In this document: in pieces, positions 25,085 to 38,248 of the stretch
Layout: each line of letters begins with the position of its first letter
Position numbering within the stretch: position 1 is the first letter of the stretch
DNA from: Eledone cirrhosa
Lineage: Eukaryota
NCBI GenBank assembly: GCA_964016885.1
Contig: OZ024743.1
Location: 253,952,001-254,016,000 of the forward strand
DNA: 64,000 nt
Direction: 5' to 3'
Made by a program: the position numbers and the translations under genes
Notes under the pieces: generated by a model
The model's input: the letters and a program-made list of their open reading frames with translations, nothing else
What the model was told of the DNA's origin: nothing
Databases searched by the model: none

Positions 25085-25340
25085 CAGGGACGGTGGGAGC
25101 ATTTCTGAATTGGGTGGTGGTTGGGCAGGGAATTTGGTCAATTTACTTGTAGTGATTAGCTTAGCTCTTTGCACTCGAAAATGTTCAGAAAACTTCGATA
25201 TGCGATAAACATAACATGTACATAAATTGTAGCGCATATCCAACTAGATGTGTGTTTTCATAGTTTGGGGAGAAAAATATAATTATTAAGGAGGGGTACA
25301 TACCCCCTCCCCTGCCCCCCTCCCCGTTCCACCACCCCTG
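25085..25340. mobile_element. Non-autonomous DNA transposon (hAT-like CAGGG..CCCTG ends); second partial copy ~25630-25767
   Basis: cagggacggtgggagc / gttccaccacccctg imperfect TIRs. Internal cataaattgtagcgcatat..tagtttggggag is repeated at 25654-25704. Confidence 0.55.
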
Positions 25341-25431
25341 TATATATATATATATATATATATATAGTGGTGGAACACTGGAAGGTAATATCCGTAGTGG
25401 TAGAGCACTCAGTCCAAGGGACGAGTTAGGT

Positions 25432-25571
25432 AGAAGTGGTTACACAACAGTTAGTTCACCATACCGAGAACAATTGTTTCACCTTCGCGGATCTTCAGCT
25501 CGGGATGAAGATCCGCGAAGGTGAAACAATTGTTCTCGGTATGGTGAACTAACTGTTGTGTAACCACTTCT
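25432..25571. repeat. 140-bp palindrome with the HHR at its centre
   Basis: agaagtggttacacaacagttagttcaccataccgagaacaattgtttcaccttcgcggatcttca / exact reverse complement, with an 8-nt loop. Confidence 0.92.
25464..25503 (-). ncRNA. Minimal type I hammerhead ribozyme, intact core
   Basis: Minus strand: ccgag-CTGAAGA-tcc(gcgaa)ggt-GAAA-caattg-TT-ctcgg. Palindromic caattg loop III. The plus-strand arm lacks C3 and the 5' strand of stem I. Confidence 0.8.
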
Positions 25572-25779
25572 CCCTCTCTATATATATATACATTCATTTA
25601 TTATGGCCAAATATCAACCAAGATATAAAAAAACTTCGATATATGTGATGTGCATAAATTGTAGCGCATATAACAATAGATGAATGTTTTGGTAGTTTGG
25701 GGAGCAAAATATAACTATAGGCGCGGGGAGAACATCCCCTCTGCCCTCCCCAGGTCTACTGCCCCTGAGCAATAATGGT

Positions 25780-27290
25780 AGCAGAAAAGGCAAAAACAAA
25801 ACGTTTTTTTTTTTTACCGAACTGTGTGCCTACGGACCAGGCAAGCCGAACCGGCCACAGCTCATGAAAAATGCCTCGAGTGGAAAAGTCCCTGAAAGAG
25901 GTAATGTTCGATGTAGCTCACATTCAAAGAACATGGTAGTTAGCCAACATCGAGATCCTCTTTAAAAGCGAAGATCTTGCACAAAAAATATTCGGTGAGC
26001 CCCATTGGACTGAAGAGTTTTTACTTTATCGAACCTATCTTTCAAGAAGGACTGTTAGGGTAGGTTTACCAGATATACCGCCAGGTATGAACACCTGGAC
26101 TGCGGTGTACTTGGAGATCTGTACACATTCCTCCAATTTAAATGCAGCGAAAGGAAAAATTGGGCTAAGATACTTGAGATTCTGCTCATGTAAAGACAGA
26201 CGAAATAGAAAAGATCCCAGAGCAAATACAGCTGCCCAACGGAGTAGACCTCCGAATAAATATAGAAGGCTAAAAACAAAAATGTCATGTATGTAAATCG
26301 ACAAGCCATTTGAGAGAACCCCTCCCGCAAAAAGTAGGAAAACAGAGGACTACTACTCGACCTCAACAAACACAGCAATAACAACAATGCAGTAACAACA
26401 ACAACTAATACGCCAGCGGCTGAAAACCGTTCTGGTTCATATCTGACCACACTGCAGCGTTTGCTCTTTCCCTTTTTGTGGAAGGATGCTTGCTAAAGGT
26501 CAGGCAGTCAATTTGTTGCCAACAACCGCTAAGTGGAGGACTGGCCATGCCATGGCCGATGATGCACAAACATTCACTCAGGCTATGTCATCTCCATCTA
26601 TACTTCAATGATGAACATGTGTTGTCACCATTTGCTTGACGCTGTTTTCCACAACTCGTCTCCTTGAAAGAGCTGCTGTCCTCGGTCAAGCAGAAACAGA
26701 GCGGGAGCGCTTGGAAACTGGAATGTCTGCAAGCGCTTACATCCATCAGTCAATCGGACAGTGTGATCGGTGGAAACTCCACCTTAGCTTTGTCTAGAGT
26801 TTTAGTGGCGAGTAAAATCGACGACTTTCTTGGGGAAACTCTTGGGGTCGACAAAAATCAACTAGCTACTCTTTTTCAGGAAATGTCAGTCCAGGGCCCA
26901 TAGAGAACTTCCAGCAATTCCTGGCCTGGTATTGCTACAGAGGAACTTTTCCCGTTCGGGATAAACTCTACGAGCATGGAAGTGCCATCAACTGGGCCTG
27001 GCCGAGATGTGTGAAGGTGAAGAAACCGTCCTGCGTGCACTCATTAAGTGTCTGAGTATTGCTGACCTGTGGGTTTCTGTCGAACACCTGCTGCCACATG
27101 TTGCATGTATCCAACTAAGATGGAAAATGTTGAGTGAGATATTACCTCTGTTGACAAAAAAAGCTTTCTCTCTTTGAACGAACGAAAGGATGGCTTTTGA
27201 TATTACACGGTATCGTAACATAAGCAGTTATTGCGAAGGATATTTGAAGGTTGGAGAGAAATGAAGCGAAGTATGCTGTGATGGATGCTT
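25780..27290 (+). mobile_element. Decayed Tx1/L1-clade LINE with large internal deletion (ORF1 remnant joined to post-RT ORF2)
   Basis: From ~26440 reads LQRLLFPFLWK..SICCQ..GGL, then a zinc-knuckle remnant (PRCVKVKKPSCVH / ETVLRALIKC) and a tail similar to 8575-8850. Confidence 0.65.
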
Positions 27291-27930
27291 GAATGAGCTG
27301 AGAGTAAATCTGGGTATAAGAGGAATCAGATGTAGTGGTAAGGAAAAACGACATGTGAATCGTATGGATGATGGTTATCATGTGAAGAAGTGGCAAAAGA
27401 TCGTCGTGGAGCGATGCTGCAGCAGAGAGTGACCACAGAAGACCTGAGCAGAGATGTGAAAATTGAGTTCAAATCGTTGAAACTCACAGAGAAGTTGCTG
27501 TAGGATTGCGATGAGTTGAGGGATGCTATTTGGAAAAGACTTGTTCAACCAATATACGCATGGAAAAGCTGTCATAAAACAATGATGGTGTGTATTATGT
27601 TGGCTCTATCAACAGTAATGTTGTCCTTTATTCATTAATGAATGTTTAGTGTGTTTATTACACAAACATATAAAACAAGGATTTAGAAACTACATAATAT
27701 GGGGTCTGCTGTCTGCTGATGGCCGTTGCAAACATACCAGTAACTGGAGCGGACTGATTGTTCTTTTGTTGGGAGCTTGGGGTATAGTTTAGAAGGCTAT
27801 ATTTTAATTATAATTAGTATGATTGATGTGATAGGATATGGGTTTGCTTGAGATTGTGGATAGTATGGGTTTGGTTTTAGATTTGTTTAGATTGTATTTA
27901 AGGAAATTGACAGCATTAGTTATATATATA
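27290..27930 (-). pseudogene. Decayed PLE linker + GIY-YIG fragment
   Basis: Minus strand gives ANIIHTIIVL*QLFHAYIG*TS, resembling NVIYxIxCxxCxxxYIGxT. Upstream PILSTISSKPISY resembles the PLE linker. Confidence 0.4.
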
Positions 27931-27974
27931 TAACAAATGTAGTCAATATATGAGTGGAATATATATATATATGA

Positions 27975-28043
<69 letters not shown>

Positions 28044-28089
28044 ATTGTTCACCAATGAGTAGAACTGGTATTGATTTAATGAATATATA

Positions 28090-28167
28090 CAGGGTGTCCC
28101 CCAAAAATGCATCCACACATCAACAACATTTTAATCAAAGTGTATATATATTTTTTCGGACACCCTG
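28090..28167. mobile_element. 78-bp Tc1/mariner MITE with TA TSD
   Basis: TA|CAGGGTGTCCcccaaaaat ... attttttcGGACACCCTG|TA. Confidence 0.8.
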
Positions 28168-28180
28168 TATATATACATAT

Positions 28181-28251
<71 letters not shown>

Positions 28252-28255
<4 letters not shown>

Positions 28256-28510
28256 GGGTAAAATTCCCGTGATCCATGGACGAGTTCTCTCCAGCGGTCT
28301 CTGTCCCTCTCTGTCCTTATCGCTGCCATGTCCTGCGTCTCCAATAGACCAGTGTCTGTCCTTAGGGCATCAACACACGTTAACCTTAGTCTTCCTCTTC
28401 CAGTGTGTCCATGTAGGGGCTCCCACAGGAGCACTGAGTGCAATGTCAACTCTGGATGTCGGTGAGCATGTTCAGCTAAACTCAGTCTCCTCTGTGTCAC
28501 TTTTGAGCTG
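28252..28510 (-). mobile_element. 3' end of an RTE-clade LINE
   Basis: LAEHAHRHPE..VLLWEPLHGHTGRGRLRLTCVDALRTDTG..RDRWRELV is a typical RTE ORF C-terminus. Abuts (TA)n. Confidence 0.75.
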
Positions 28511-29222
28511 ACTTTTATATATATACATATATATACATATATTTATATATATACGCACCCACACACTCCCTGCAACTACTCACAATTCCTTTCTCTATTC
28601 CTTCTAATCTTTTGACCTATCAGCCCGGAACTTTTCTTAACTCCATTTTACTGTAGCCTTCTTGATCTTTTTACTAACCTGGTTTCTACTAGATTCGTAA
28701 ATCCACCCCACTACTTACGCACACACAAACACCTATACATGCAACCACACAATACACATTAACAATTACACATCTCTGCCAAACACACATACCAGGATAC
28801 CCACGCTCACACATATGTACAGACACACACCTCTACAAATATAACTCAACAAACATACACGTGCAAATGCACCGTAATGTTTACCCGAGCTACACCCTCC
28901 ATCCATTGCACGTCTGTCACCATCACCCGCCACCTTCCAGCACCCTGGACCAGACCCCCTCTCCGCTTTTATATTTTATTTTTTGTATTTTTCTTTCTAA
29001 CTTTATTTTAACAACTTTCTATTTATTTGTATTTTTCATTCTTTAACGTTATTTTCATTTCAATTTTCCTTTTGAGTCATTTCTGATAAAGAGCAAATGC
29101 CCGATACGTTGATTATGTAATATATTTTCCTTCCTACAAGCGTGGAACTAATACATTTAATATTATGCATCCTCTTGTTTGTTCCGCTCATGTTTCCTTG
29201 ACACACACGCATATAGAGAGAG

Positions 29223-29826
29223 AGTAATCCTCCGTTTATCGCAGGGGATACGTTCCAGAACCAGCCATAATAATTGAAAATCCGTGTTATAGAGAGACCA
29301 TAAAGACAACCGTTGTTTTCATAGTTTAAGACTTAAAATACCTCTCCTACACGCTTTAAGTACATATAAACTCATTAAAACACACTTTTGTATTGAAACA
29401 CAGAAAACAGCCAGTAACGATCGCATAGGCACTACCACCAACGATCGTACCACTAGTTACGATTGACGACCATTGCCAGCCACGTTATTCGCTTGGTAAT
29501 ACACTGCACATATCCCGTCAATCTATGAAGGGTTTGTAGTTGATTAGAGAAAAACACAATCAGTAAAGCAGTAATGTAATGAAAAATAAAAACATGTTTT
29601 CATAGTTAAACATTTCAGATGTCCCTTCCTTTCACTTCAATCACATTGAAACTTATTTAATAAATTTAAATATTAAACCTTTTTATTCAAACGTACGTAC
29701 TGCGATCAGAAAATAGATATGTTCTAACGAGGGTTACCGTGATAGAAAATTAGATAGGTTCCAAAGAAAAATCCGCGATGTAGCGGGATCGCGAAAATGG
29801 AACCGTGATATAACGGTGGATTACTA
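29223..29826. mobile_element. Tigger/pogo-like MITE (~600 bp)
   Basis: Imperfect TIRs agtaatcctccgtttatcgcag / ccgtgatataacggtggattact, subterminal ggggatacgttcc, TA at the right flank. Confidence 0.7.
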
Positions 29827-29833
29827 TATACAT

Positions 29834-29873
<40 letters not shown>

Positions 29874-30696
29874 GTATCACTCCAACTTTCACACCAACCC
29901 ATCCTCTACCCCGTCCGCCGCACCTCCGCGCACACTGACACACCGACTTTCTTCACTTACCATTCTCCCCGACTGCTGCTATGCCCTGAATCTCTGACCA
30001 CATCTCCGCACACACAAACACACAACCCTCCTCCTGTCTTAACCCTTTGACCACTTCCTGTTGCGCGCGCACCCCACATCTCCCTTCTTCCGACCAACCC
30101 AACCACGGATTACACACATTAGACATCGCTCCCACGAATCAACTACATCACACGGTAATTACCCAGCATCCCACCACATCCTCTACGGAACTACCTTAGG
30201 GACTCACCGACGGACATACACTAAAAAAAAATGTTTTTCCCACATGCCACCTACATCCACAACACATATAAATACCTCACACACGTGCGTACCACCACAT
30301 ATTTACACACTCAGCCTCCGGAATCCTCTCCCCCCACACCTCTGACCCCTCCCCATCCAGCCCACCCCCATACCTTTTCCTGAACATGCAACCCCGTTCT
30401 TCCCCCAACTCTTACTTTCACATACACACACACACACACACACGTACACCTACACACATACACCACCTTCAGCCCTCCCCGCTCGGACACCCCGCCTCCC
30501 TCTCCCCACTCCACCCGCCACCTCCCCTACATGCCCCACACCCTTCCACCACTTGTTTTACTTCATGTTTATTTTTATTTTTATTATGCTTTTATATTTA
30601 GTTTCATTTGTACCGTTTCCTCTCACCCCCTTTTTGCTATATGTCTCCCTACCACTCCCCTACACACCCTTGGAACTCTCTTCGCACACACTTTTC

Positions 30697-30728
30697 ACCT
30701 GAAGAAGGGCTTATGCCCGAAACGTCGT
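30697..30728 (+). ncRNA. Minimal hammerhead motif near the 3' end of a C/A-rich PLE-type tail (29876-30814)
   Basis: ac-CTGAAGA-agggc(ttat)gccc-GAAA-cg-TC-gt. Core intact, stem I only ~2 bp. A decayed relative at 29078-29150 shares the downstream caag..gcgtg.aactaata. Confidence 0.6.
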
Positions 30729-30810
30729 TCCCCACCACCCACTCTCAAGAGCGTGAAACTAATAAACCTTTGTTCGTACTGCCTCTCTGTTTTGTTCCCG
30801 TTCAATTTAT

Positions 30811-30853
<43 letters not shown>

Positions 30854-30896
30854 AATAACAGGAGGCTGGACTGGTGTAATTCCTTAAAGATTTATT

Positions 30897-30954
30897 ATAC
30901 TATTAACGTTTCAATGACCGGGTTCAGTATGAATCCGGTGACATCATCAGGTAT
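30897..30954 (-). ncRNA. Type I hammerhead ribozyme, intact core
   Basis: Minus strand: atac-CTGATGA-tgtcaccggattca(tac)tgaacccggtcatt-GAAA-cgttaa-TA-gtat. Confidence 0.7.
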
Positions 30955-31024
30955 TATTCCGAAATCTATAACAAAGGAATATAATAATGGACACAATCCA
31001 AGGGGTTCGAGAAGGCGGCCATAT

Positions 31025-31089
<65 letters not shown>

Positions 31090-31151
31090 TAACAGATTAA
31101 AGTTTAAGCAAAGAATCGCTCGGTTGAGCACTCTACTGACTTATATTCATC

Positions 31152-33250
31152 ATGCAGAAACAACATCTGAATATTTCTACAAAGAACATACCCGTATCAA
31201 GCAGGAAAACATACCTAAAACTCCTGATACAGAAAACAGACGCGTTCATTAAAAGGTTGCGTTGGCGTGCCTTTTATTTCGATAATCCGCGAAAAGCAGA
31301 CAACAAACAGGATACATTTGGGTTTAAAACCTATAATAACCCACCGTGTAACCCAGCATTGCTACCCTTCGAAAATGATGTCTTGGAACTCATTCGGAGT
31401 ATCAAAGTTCGGAATAGGAGCAATTCCTTCCAACAAGACCTGAAGAATAGAATTCGTTCTATTAAGGATTCTAATGCCGTGCACGTCCATTCCGACAAAA
31501 CTGGCAACCTATATCAAGTGGAGTGCAGTACTTACCATCAACTACTACATAATGCTGTAATTAAGGATTACCGTAAAACTAATCGGTGCGTCATCAATGA
31601 AATCAACGATGCTGGGTTTAAAATCACATCTGATCTCAACATCCTTGACCGGACCGAATCTCTGGACCCTATTTCTCCATACTTTACCCTGAAGAATCTC
31701 AAATCCAATTTTCCGAACAACTCCTCTATTCGGCTTATTAACCCTACGAAGTCCGATTTAGGTAGACTTAGTAAAACGATTATTGATAGAATTATACCTG
31801 AAATTAGAAGTTTGGCCCCTCTTGCACTGTGGGACAATTCTTTCGCGATGATTGATTGGTTCAACGGCATATGTAGCAAGGAACAATTACTACTCCTCCA
31901 TCACTTTACCACTTCTCCTTAGAGCTATCAATTTCGCTAAAACACTCACAGTGGTTAAGGATTTCGAAGTTGATGCCATCCTCAATGCCCGAAAGTCAGT
32001 GATTAATTTCGACGACTCTATTTGGATTAAAAAATCCAATAGTACCCCATTCGACGTGAGTATGGGCGCCAGTGATTCTACGGAGGTTACTGATCTTATC
32101 GGCCTTTTTCTTCTTTTCTCTATCAAGGACGAATTCCCCAACGCGGGCGGTGGTTTGTACCGTGACGATGGTCTTTTGACCATGACTAAGTGCGGACCTC
32201 GTGCTTGCGACAGGTTCAGAAAAGTACTCACAGCCTTCTTTAAAGGCTTCAACCTCTCTATACAGGTTGACGCCAATCTCTGGGGAGTTAATTACCTCGA
32301 CGTTACCCTCAATTTATTGAATGGGTTGTATTACCCGTATAGAAAGCCGAATGATACGCTTAATTACATAAGTAAGCATTCCAACCATCCTGCCAGCATA
32401 ACCAAGAACCTGGTAAGAAACGTTTCGTTGACGCTTTCCCGTCTTTCCACCAACGAGCGTATTTTCAACGACCATTCCACTTATTACAATGACGCTCTTG
32501 TTCGAAGTGGATTTGTCGATAAGGTAGCATATACAGAGTACGAAAATAGACCTAGAAGAAATAGATCCCGTCGCATTTGTTGGTATAACCCACCATATAA
32601 TATGGAGGTGGCCACACCATTAGCTAAGATATTTCTTTCCTTATTACTAAGCATTTTCCCCTATACATAAATATAGTAATTTTTTTAATAGAAATACTAT
32701 TAAAAGTTCTTATTCTACGACTCCTAACCTTGCACATAACATCACAGCTTCAAATTTAGCTAAACTACCTAGCCGTAGGGACACGGGCAACCCTGTAGTT
32801 AGTACGAACTGTAATTGTAGGAATCGGGTTGATTGCCCCCTATCCGGGAAATGCCTCTCTAGTAACATTGTCTACAAATGTAAGGTTGTAACACCCACGT
32901 CCCGTAGGGCCTACATAGGGTTAACCGCCAATAGATTCAAGCAGCGTCTTTACATGCATACCCATTTATTTCGTTACCCTCAAAGAAGGAATCTGACGTC
33001 ACTTTCAGCTTATATCTGGAGTCTAAAAGACAACCACACCCAATATAAGTTACACTGGGAGATCCTAGCTAGAGTTAGATCGTATAACGGAAATAAAAGA
33101 CCATGTGACCTCTGCGCCGCTGAGGCCCTGGAAATACTCTACGCCACAGACCACACCTTAAACACAAAATCTGAGGCAATTTCGGCTTGTAAACATAAAT
33201 TGCACAAAACTTTCCTGTATTACAGCCCCACGTTATACCCTAACGGATAG
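31152..33250 (+). pseudogene. PLE RT + C-terminal GIY-YIG ORF, broken by a 29-nt deletion and a further frameshift
   Basis: HSDKTGNLY, SMGA, GLYRDDGL, NYLDVTL, YRKPN, SNHP, WYNPPYN, CNCRNRVDCPLSGKCLSSNIVYKC..AYIGLTANRFKQRLYMH..CDLCAAE..LNTKSE..CKH. Confidence 0.93.
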
Positions 33251-34123
33251 TACGATCTATATGTGCATATTTTACGTCTTGATGTGGGAGCTAAGTATAT
33301 GTTTTGTTTATACCTTTACTTATTTGCATAGGTAAGTATATATTACCCGTATGTTTTGTGAAGGGACGTATACCTTCTCGTACGTATATTTGTTTGTTAT
33401 GGCGTATAATTTTATATATTCTGGTACATATGGTTTGGCTATGTGTATACGGGAGTTTTGCGTCTGTGTGAGTATGCAGGTTCGTACGTATGTAGGATGT
33501 GTGTATTGTGTACTTCATGATTTGGTTGACTTACGTCTCCGAACATTCGTGTATTTACATGTAGGTATGTGTGTGCGCTTGTTATATAAGTATTTATTTA
33601 TTTATATACGTTTATATAATTATTTATTTATTTGTATACACGCATACACACACACACATATTTATATGTGCGTGGTTTTGTATACATATGGTAAGTTTTT
33701 GCGTATGTTTGTGTATGTACGTATTTGTTTGCGTGTATGTATTTATTTATTTCTATTACTTCTGTATTGTATTTATTTACTTCGTTCTTAACTCTGTAGC
33801 GGAGATTCATTCGGTCTCCTATTTAGAATTTTAGTCTACGACTTCTGCTATACCATTTACGTGGTTTTGTCTTTGCGTGCTATTCTTCTCCACGCTCCTC
33901 ATATGACGTATTATCTTCGTTTTTTTCGTTCATTGCCAGAGAACGTCTCTATCTGTCTTTACGCGTAATTGTTTTTCACCGCTCCTACTAATGACGTATT
34001 ATTCGTTTTTTCTCGTTCTTCGCCAGCGAACGTTTCCACGAACTAAAGTATCGTCTTCCTGTCTTTCTCCGGTTGCAACGTTTTTTGAAATATCCAGTTT
34101 TGATTTTACAGATTGACTTTGTT

Positions 34124-34174
34124 AGTTTCACAAGATCCCGTTAAGGGTGAAAGCAGTGATTCTTTGCTTAAACT
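34124..34174 (+). ncRNA. Variant hammerhead in 3' pLTR, further mutated (CACAAGA)
   Basis: agttt-CACAAGA-tccc(gttaa)gggt-GAAA-gcag(tgattct)ttgc-TT-aaact. Confidence 0.55.
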
Positions 34175-34281
34175 TTAATCTGCTATTTTAATAAATATTT
34201 GCTCTATGATTCTTATATATTTTATATATATTTATCCTTGTCGAACCCTCTTTGGATTTTAGTCTTCAAATTTATTATTAT

Positions 34282-34319
<38 letters not shown>

Positions 34320-34352
34320 CTAAATCAAAAGACATATTTAGGTCTATAAATT

Positions 34353-34470
<118 letters not shown>

Positions 34471-34727
34471 CGTGTGTATGTGTGTGTGTGTGTAAGTGTA
34501 TCAGTCTCCATGTAAATTAATAGCTGCTAGTTTTATCACCGCAGGCCAGTAGATTAATAGCCTCCCACCACATTTAATGCGAGCTATTTGAACTCAATCT
34601 AGCAAACTACAGTCTCTTGACCCCTATTTTATATCCTGACAATAATAATACATGAATTGGTGCACATATGTCTATGTGTGTATCAATCTATACTATATTG
34701 TTATCATTGTTATTATTATTATTATTT

Positions 34728-34804
<77 letters not shown>
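34728..34804. repeat. (TAG)n microsatellite
   Basis: Uninterrupted gta/tag run. Confidence 0.95.
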
Positions 34805-34805
<1 letters not shown>

Positions 34806-35647
34806 ATGTTGGTAGTGGCTTTAGTGATAGTAGTTGTAATAATGGTGTTAGTAGTAATAGTATTAGGCATATATGGAGAAAATGTGAAGTATAACTAACC
34901 ATGTTCATTTCAGCTTTTTTGGTTTGTTTTGTTTTGTTATCGTTATTCTTCCCTATCCCACCCACATGACCTGTGTTGTTTCTAATGTGATCATGTGATC
35001 AGTTTTGTCTGTGAATGTGTGGTTGACAACGTGGAGAAAGATATTCTAATATATTTGATTTAGTGTTGAGCCGTTGTGGACTAATGAAGCTCTCTCATGC
35101 TGATTTTTCTGTTTCATACGTTTTCATCACTTTCCAGTAGACAGCTAATTGAGATAGTTGTTAAGGTGTCAAATAAAAAATGCTTCATTATTTGTTCAGG
35201 CTCACTGCATTCTGTGTTCAGCACCTATGGAGGTCAACTTTGTTATTTATCATTTTGAGGTCGATAAATTAAGCACTACACCAGTACTGCGATCGACGCT
35301 CCCTTCCCTCTCTCTGTGGATAAAAATGGCTGTATTCTGACCTGGTAAGGAATGGGCTCCACAAAGTTTGAAATGCCAAAGATACACCATATGTCATAAA
35401 GGCACCTTTATAATTCTAACAGGAGTTAAGGTCCATTTAGCTTTATCTCCTTCCAGTACATCAACATCCATACAAAAGCAGCATGACAAAATAATGATAT
35501 ATCATAATCATCACTATTTTACGTTTGATTTCCATACAAACATGGGTTGGACTGGTTGCCAAAACTGAAGAGGTCAGAGAAACACATCTTGCTATTGCTT
35601 TTATGCCCTATACAGTGCAATTTGCTATGGTGGAGTTCTTCTGCCAC

Positions 35648-35841
35648 AATAATTGTTTCTACTTTTGGCACAAGACCAGCAATTATCCCAGTGCAATATT
35701 ACTACTTTATTTTATCGACCCCGCAAGGATGAAAGGCAAAGTTAACCTCGGGTGGATTTGAACTCAGAACGTAAAGGGGCGTAACTCTATGCAGGAAAGC
35801 ATGCCGTCTAACGCTCTACCGATACTGCCAATCCACTGACC
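35648..35841 (-). mobile_element. tRNA-derived SINE (Meta-domain-like core)
   Basis: Reverse complement of the family at 55601-55793. Confidence 0.85.
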
Positions 35842-35930
35842 TTGTGCCACAATAATATGCATTCATTAAACTGTGTAATGCGAAATAGGGAATGTATAAA
35901 TGTATATATATGTGTGTGTGTGTACACACA

Positions 35931-36014
<84 letters not shown>

Positions 36015-36099
36015 TACAGGGAGAGTAACGTGAGGTTACTGTAGGTTCACCCAGTAGGTTCACCAATATTTAGGTTCACGTCAGTGGTGAGGTGTAGAG

Positions 36100-36532
36100 C
36101 TAAACAGAGTATAATATAATAATAATAATAAACAACGACGATTTGTTAGGCCTTCATTACGTCTATTGATTGATCGCGCGCGTTTCGCTATTGATCAGTT
36201 CAAGGTTTAATAATAACTTTATTAAGACAAATAAGTGTGTGTGTGTGTGTGTGTAGTAAAGAGATTCATTGTTGTGATAATGGTCAGTAGGGATGTGTGT
36301 GTGAATTGCAGTCATTTTGAAAGGTTAACAGTTCAGGTGTCTATTGAGACAAATATGTGTGTGCGTATGTGTCGCAGAGTGGTTCGTGGTATAGGAAATA
36401 AATTCGGTCAGTAGGAACGTGTGTGAACGTGTGTGGGGGATATTTTAACATGTTGAAATATATTTTTCAGCTCTTGTCTTATTCGGAGAAGTGTGTGTGT
36501 GTGTATGTCTGTTTGTATGTTAGTGTACGCGT

Positions 36533-36622
<90 letters not shown>

Positions 36623-37650
36623 GGATGGATCAGTATTTTTGTGATACTGGTAAAAATGGTGTACATTATTTGATATTTTCAGTAATTTGCAAAAACGATT
36701 CTCTCAAAAGAACATCAAAAACATTAATAATAAGAGGGGTGAAATGATGTATAGTATTGTCATAACACCAAGGTGTGTGTGAGTGTCCCGATTGTACGTA
36801 CTGCAAGGGGAATCCATTAGGCCCTGCCGTATGGGAATACTTGTGTACAAATATGTATGTGCCCATCAGTGTGCAATATATATGTGCGTATATGTATGTT
36901 TGTGTGTCGGCACGTTTATATCTATAAACATCAAAAGGTATGCAAATGTGTGTATATGTGTTGCATCATAGAACATGTGTGTTTACGTATGTCATTGTGT
37001 TTATATGTGGATAGAAATGTATGTAGGATGTATGCTGATGTAAGTATGTATGTTGACGTGTGTATGTTGTGGGTTCGTCTTAGGGAGAAGTGTTTAGACG
37101 GTGTTCGTATTTGTTAATAAAGTGAGATTCCTTGCTGATGCGCTGGGTGTGGGTGGCATTATCTTTACATTTTTAGATGGGAAAGATTATAAAGTTGGGA
37201 TGATTTTGGGCGGCACAGGTATCAATGTGTTCACTCAGTGGTATTTTTCTGTATTCCCGTATTTTAATTTGGGATCTATGGACAGTCATGCGTTGGCGGA
37301 GGCTGTTTATTGGCCTATGTATTGTTCTTGACAACCTGAGCAAGTTAATACATATATTAGATTTTCCGATGCACATGTGAAATTGTGTATTACTATAAAA
37401 CGTTGTCCTTCTTTGAAATAGAATTCCGAACCCTCTATTAGGTTGATGCATATACCACAGTTGGGTCTATCGCATTTTCTTACCGTGGGTTTCGTTGTTG
37501 TGGTTGGCAGTACTTTGGCATGTGTTAGGATGTTTTTCATTGACTTAGATTGTCTTTTGCTCTTTATGATATCGTGTGTTCGAAGGATTTGGTTCATTCT
37601 ATGGTCCTTTTTTAACACAGGAGGATGGTGTCAAAGGCCTCATTGTTGAG
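36100..37650 (-). mobile_element. 5'-truncated PLE of a second lineage (Neptune-like Cys linker + GIY-YIG) with long 3' tail
   Basis: 37307-37618 encodes KSKRQSKSMKNILTHAK..KCDRPNCGIC..FTCASENLIYVLTCSGCQEQYIGQ. 37173-37320 continues LRQRMTVHRSQI..LSEHIDTCA..FIIFP. An HHR-like remnant lies at ~36165-36203. Confidence 0.8.
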
Positions 37651-38120
37651 GGGATTGTATATATATATATATATATAGGTGTTTACTCAAACTCTAAACA
37701 CCCATACTCGAACTGTAAAACGTAGAATAGATTCTCAGTCCAATATATCAAAAGAATTATGTAATTCCTTTTGTTTTTACCAAGCTATTTGACGAAAAAT
37801 TGTCTGCCCAATTTACGTTAGGTAATTGCCAACAGACTTTCTGAAAATGTGCCTAACAGCAGTTTATTCAAAACAGAGCAGCCTCCTTTCATATTCATTT
37901 ATTCATGGCAGTACTACTGGGAGTCACTGTCAGTTCATGACAAACTCTACAGTTATAGACGTGCTGTCAGACAAGCCTGTTTAAGATACAGGAACTGTGA
38001 TAAAGCTATTCTGCACATACTTGTCCACTATCTGGCCGATACAGTTTGGCACCAGTGACGTCGCAACTCATTTCTACACCTAGGTAAACTGCGGCAACGC
38101 GAAATAAAGTGTCTTGCATA

Positions 38121-38248
<128 letters not shown>

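Larger units (their letters stand above)
31084..34285 (+). mobile_element. Penelope-like retroelement copy 2 (5' inverted pLTR stub, ORF, 3' pLTR), flanked by (TA)n on both sides
   Basis: 31084-31120 is an inverted pLTR piece. The ORF starts at 31152 and the pLTR runs ~33830-34285. Highly similar to copy 1 in the opposite orientation. Confidence 0.93.

Noticed and set aside
32800-33250. Selenocysteine-containing PLE endonuclease as in some Naiad elements
   Set aside because: Hand translation shows no in-frame TGA, the endonuclease is C-terminal, and no convincing SECIS was seen.
38030-38110. Promoter with CRE-like tgacgtc and local CpGs
   Set aside because: A short motif expected by chance, lying among retroelement remnants, with no linked exon or TSS evidence.
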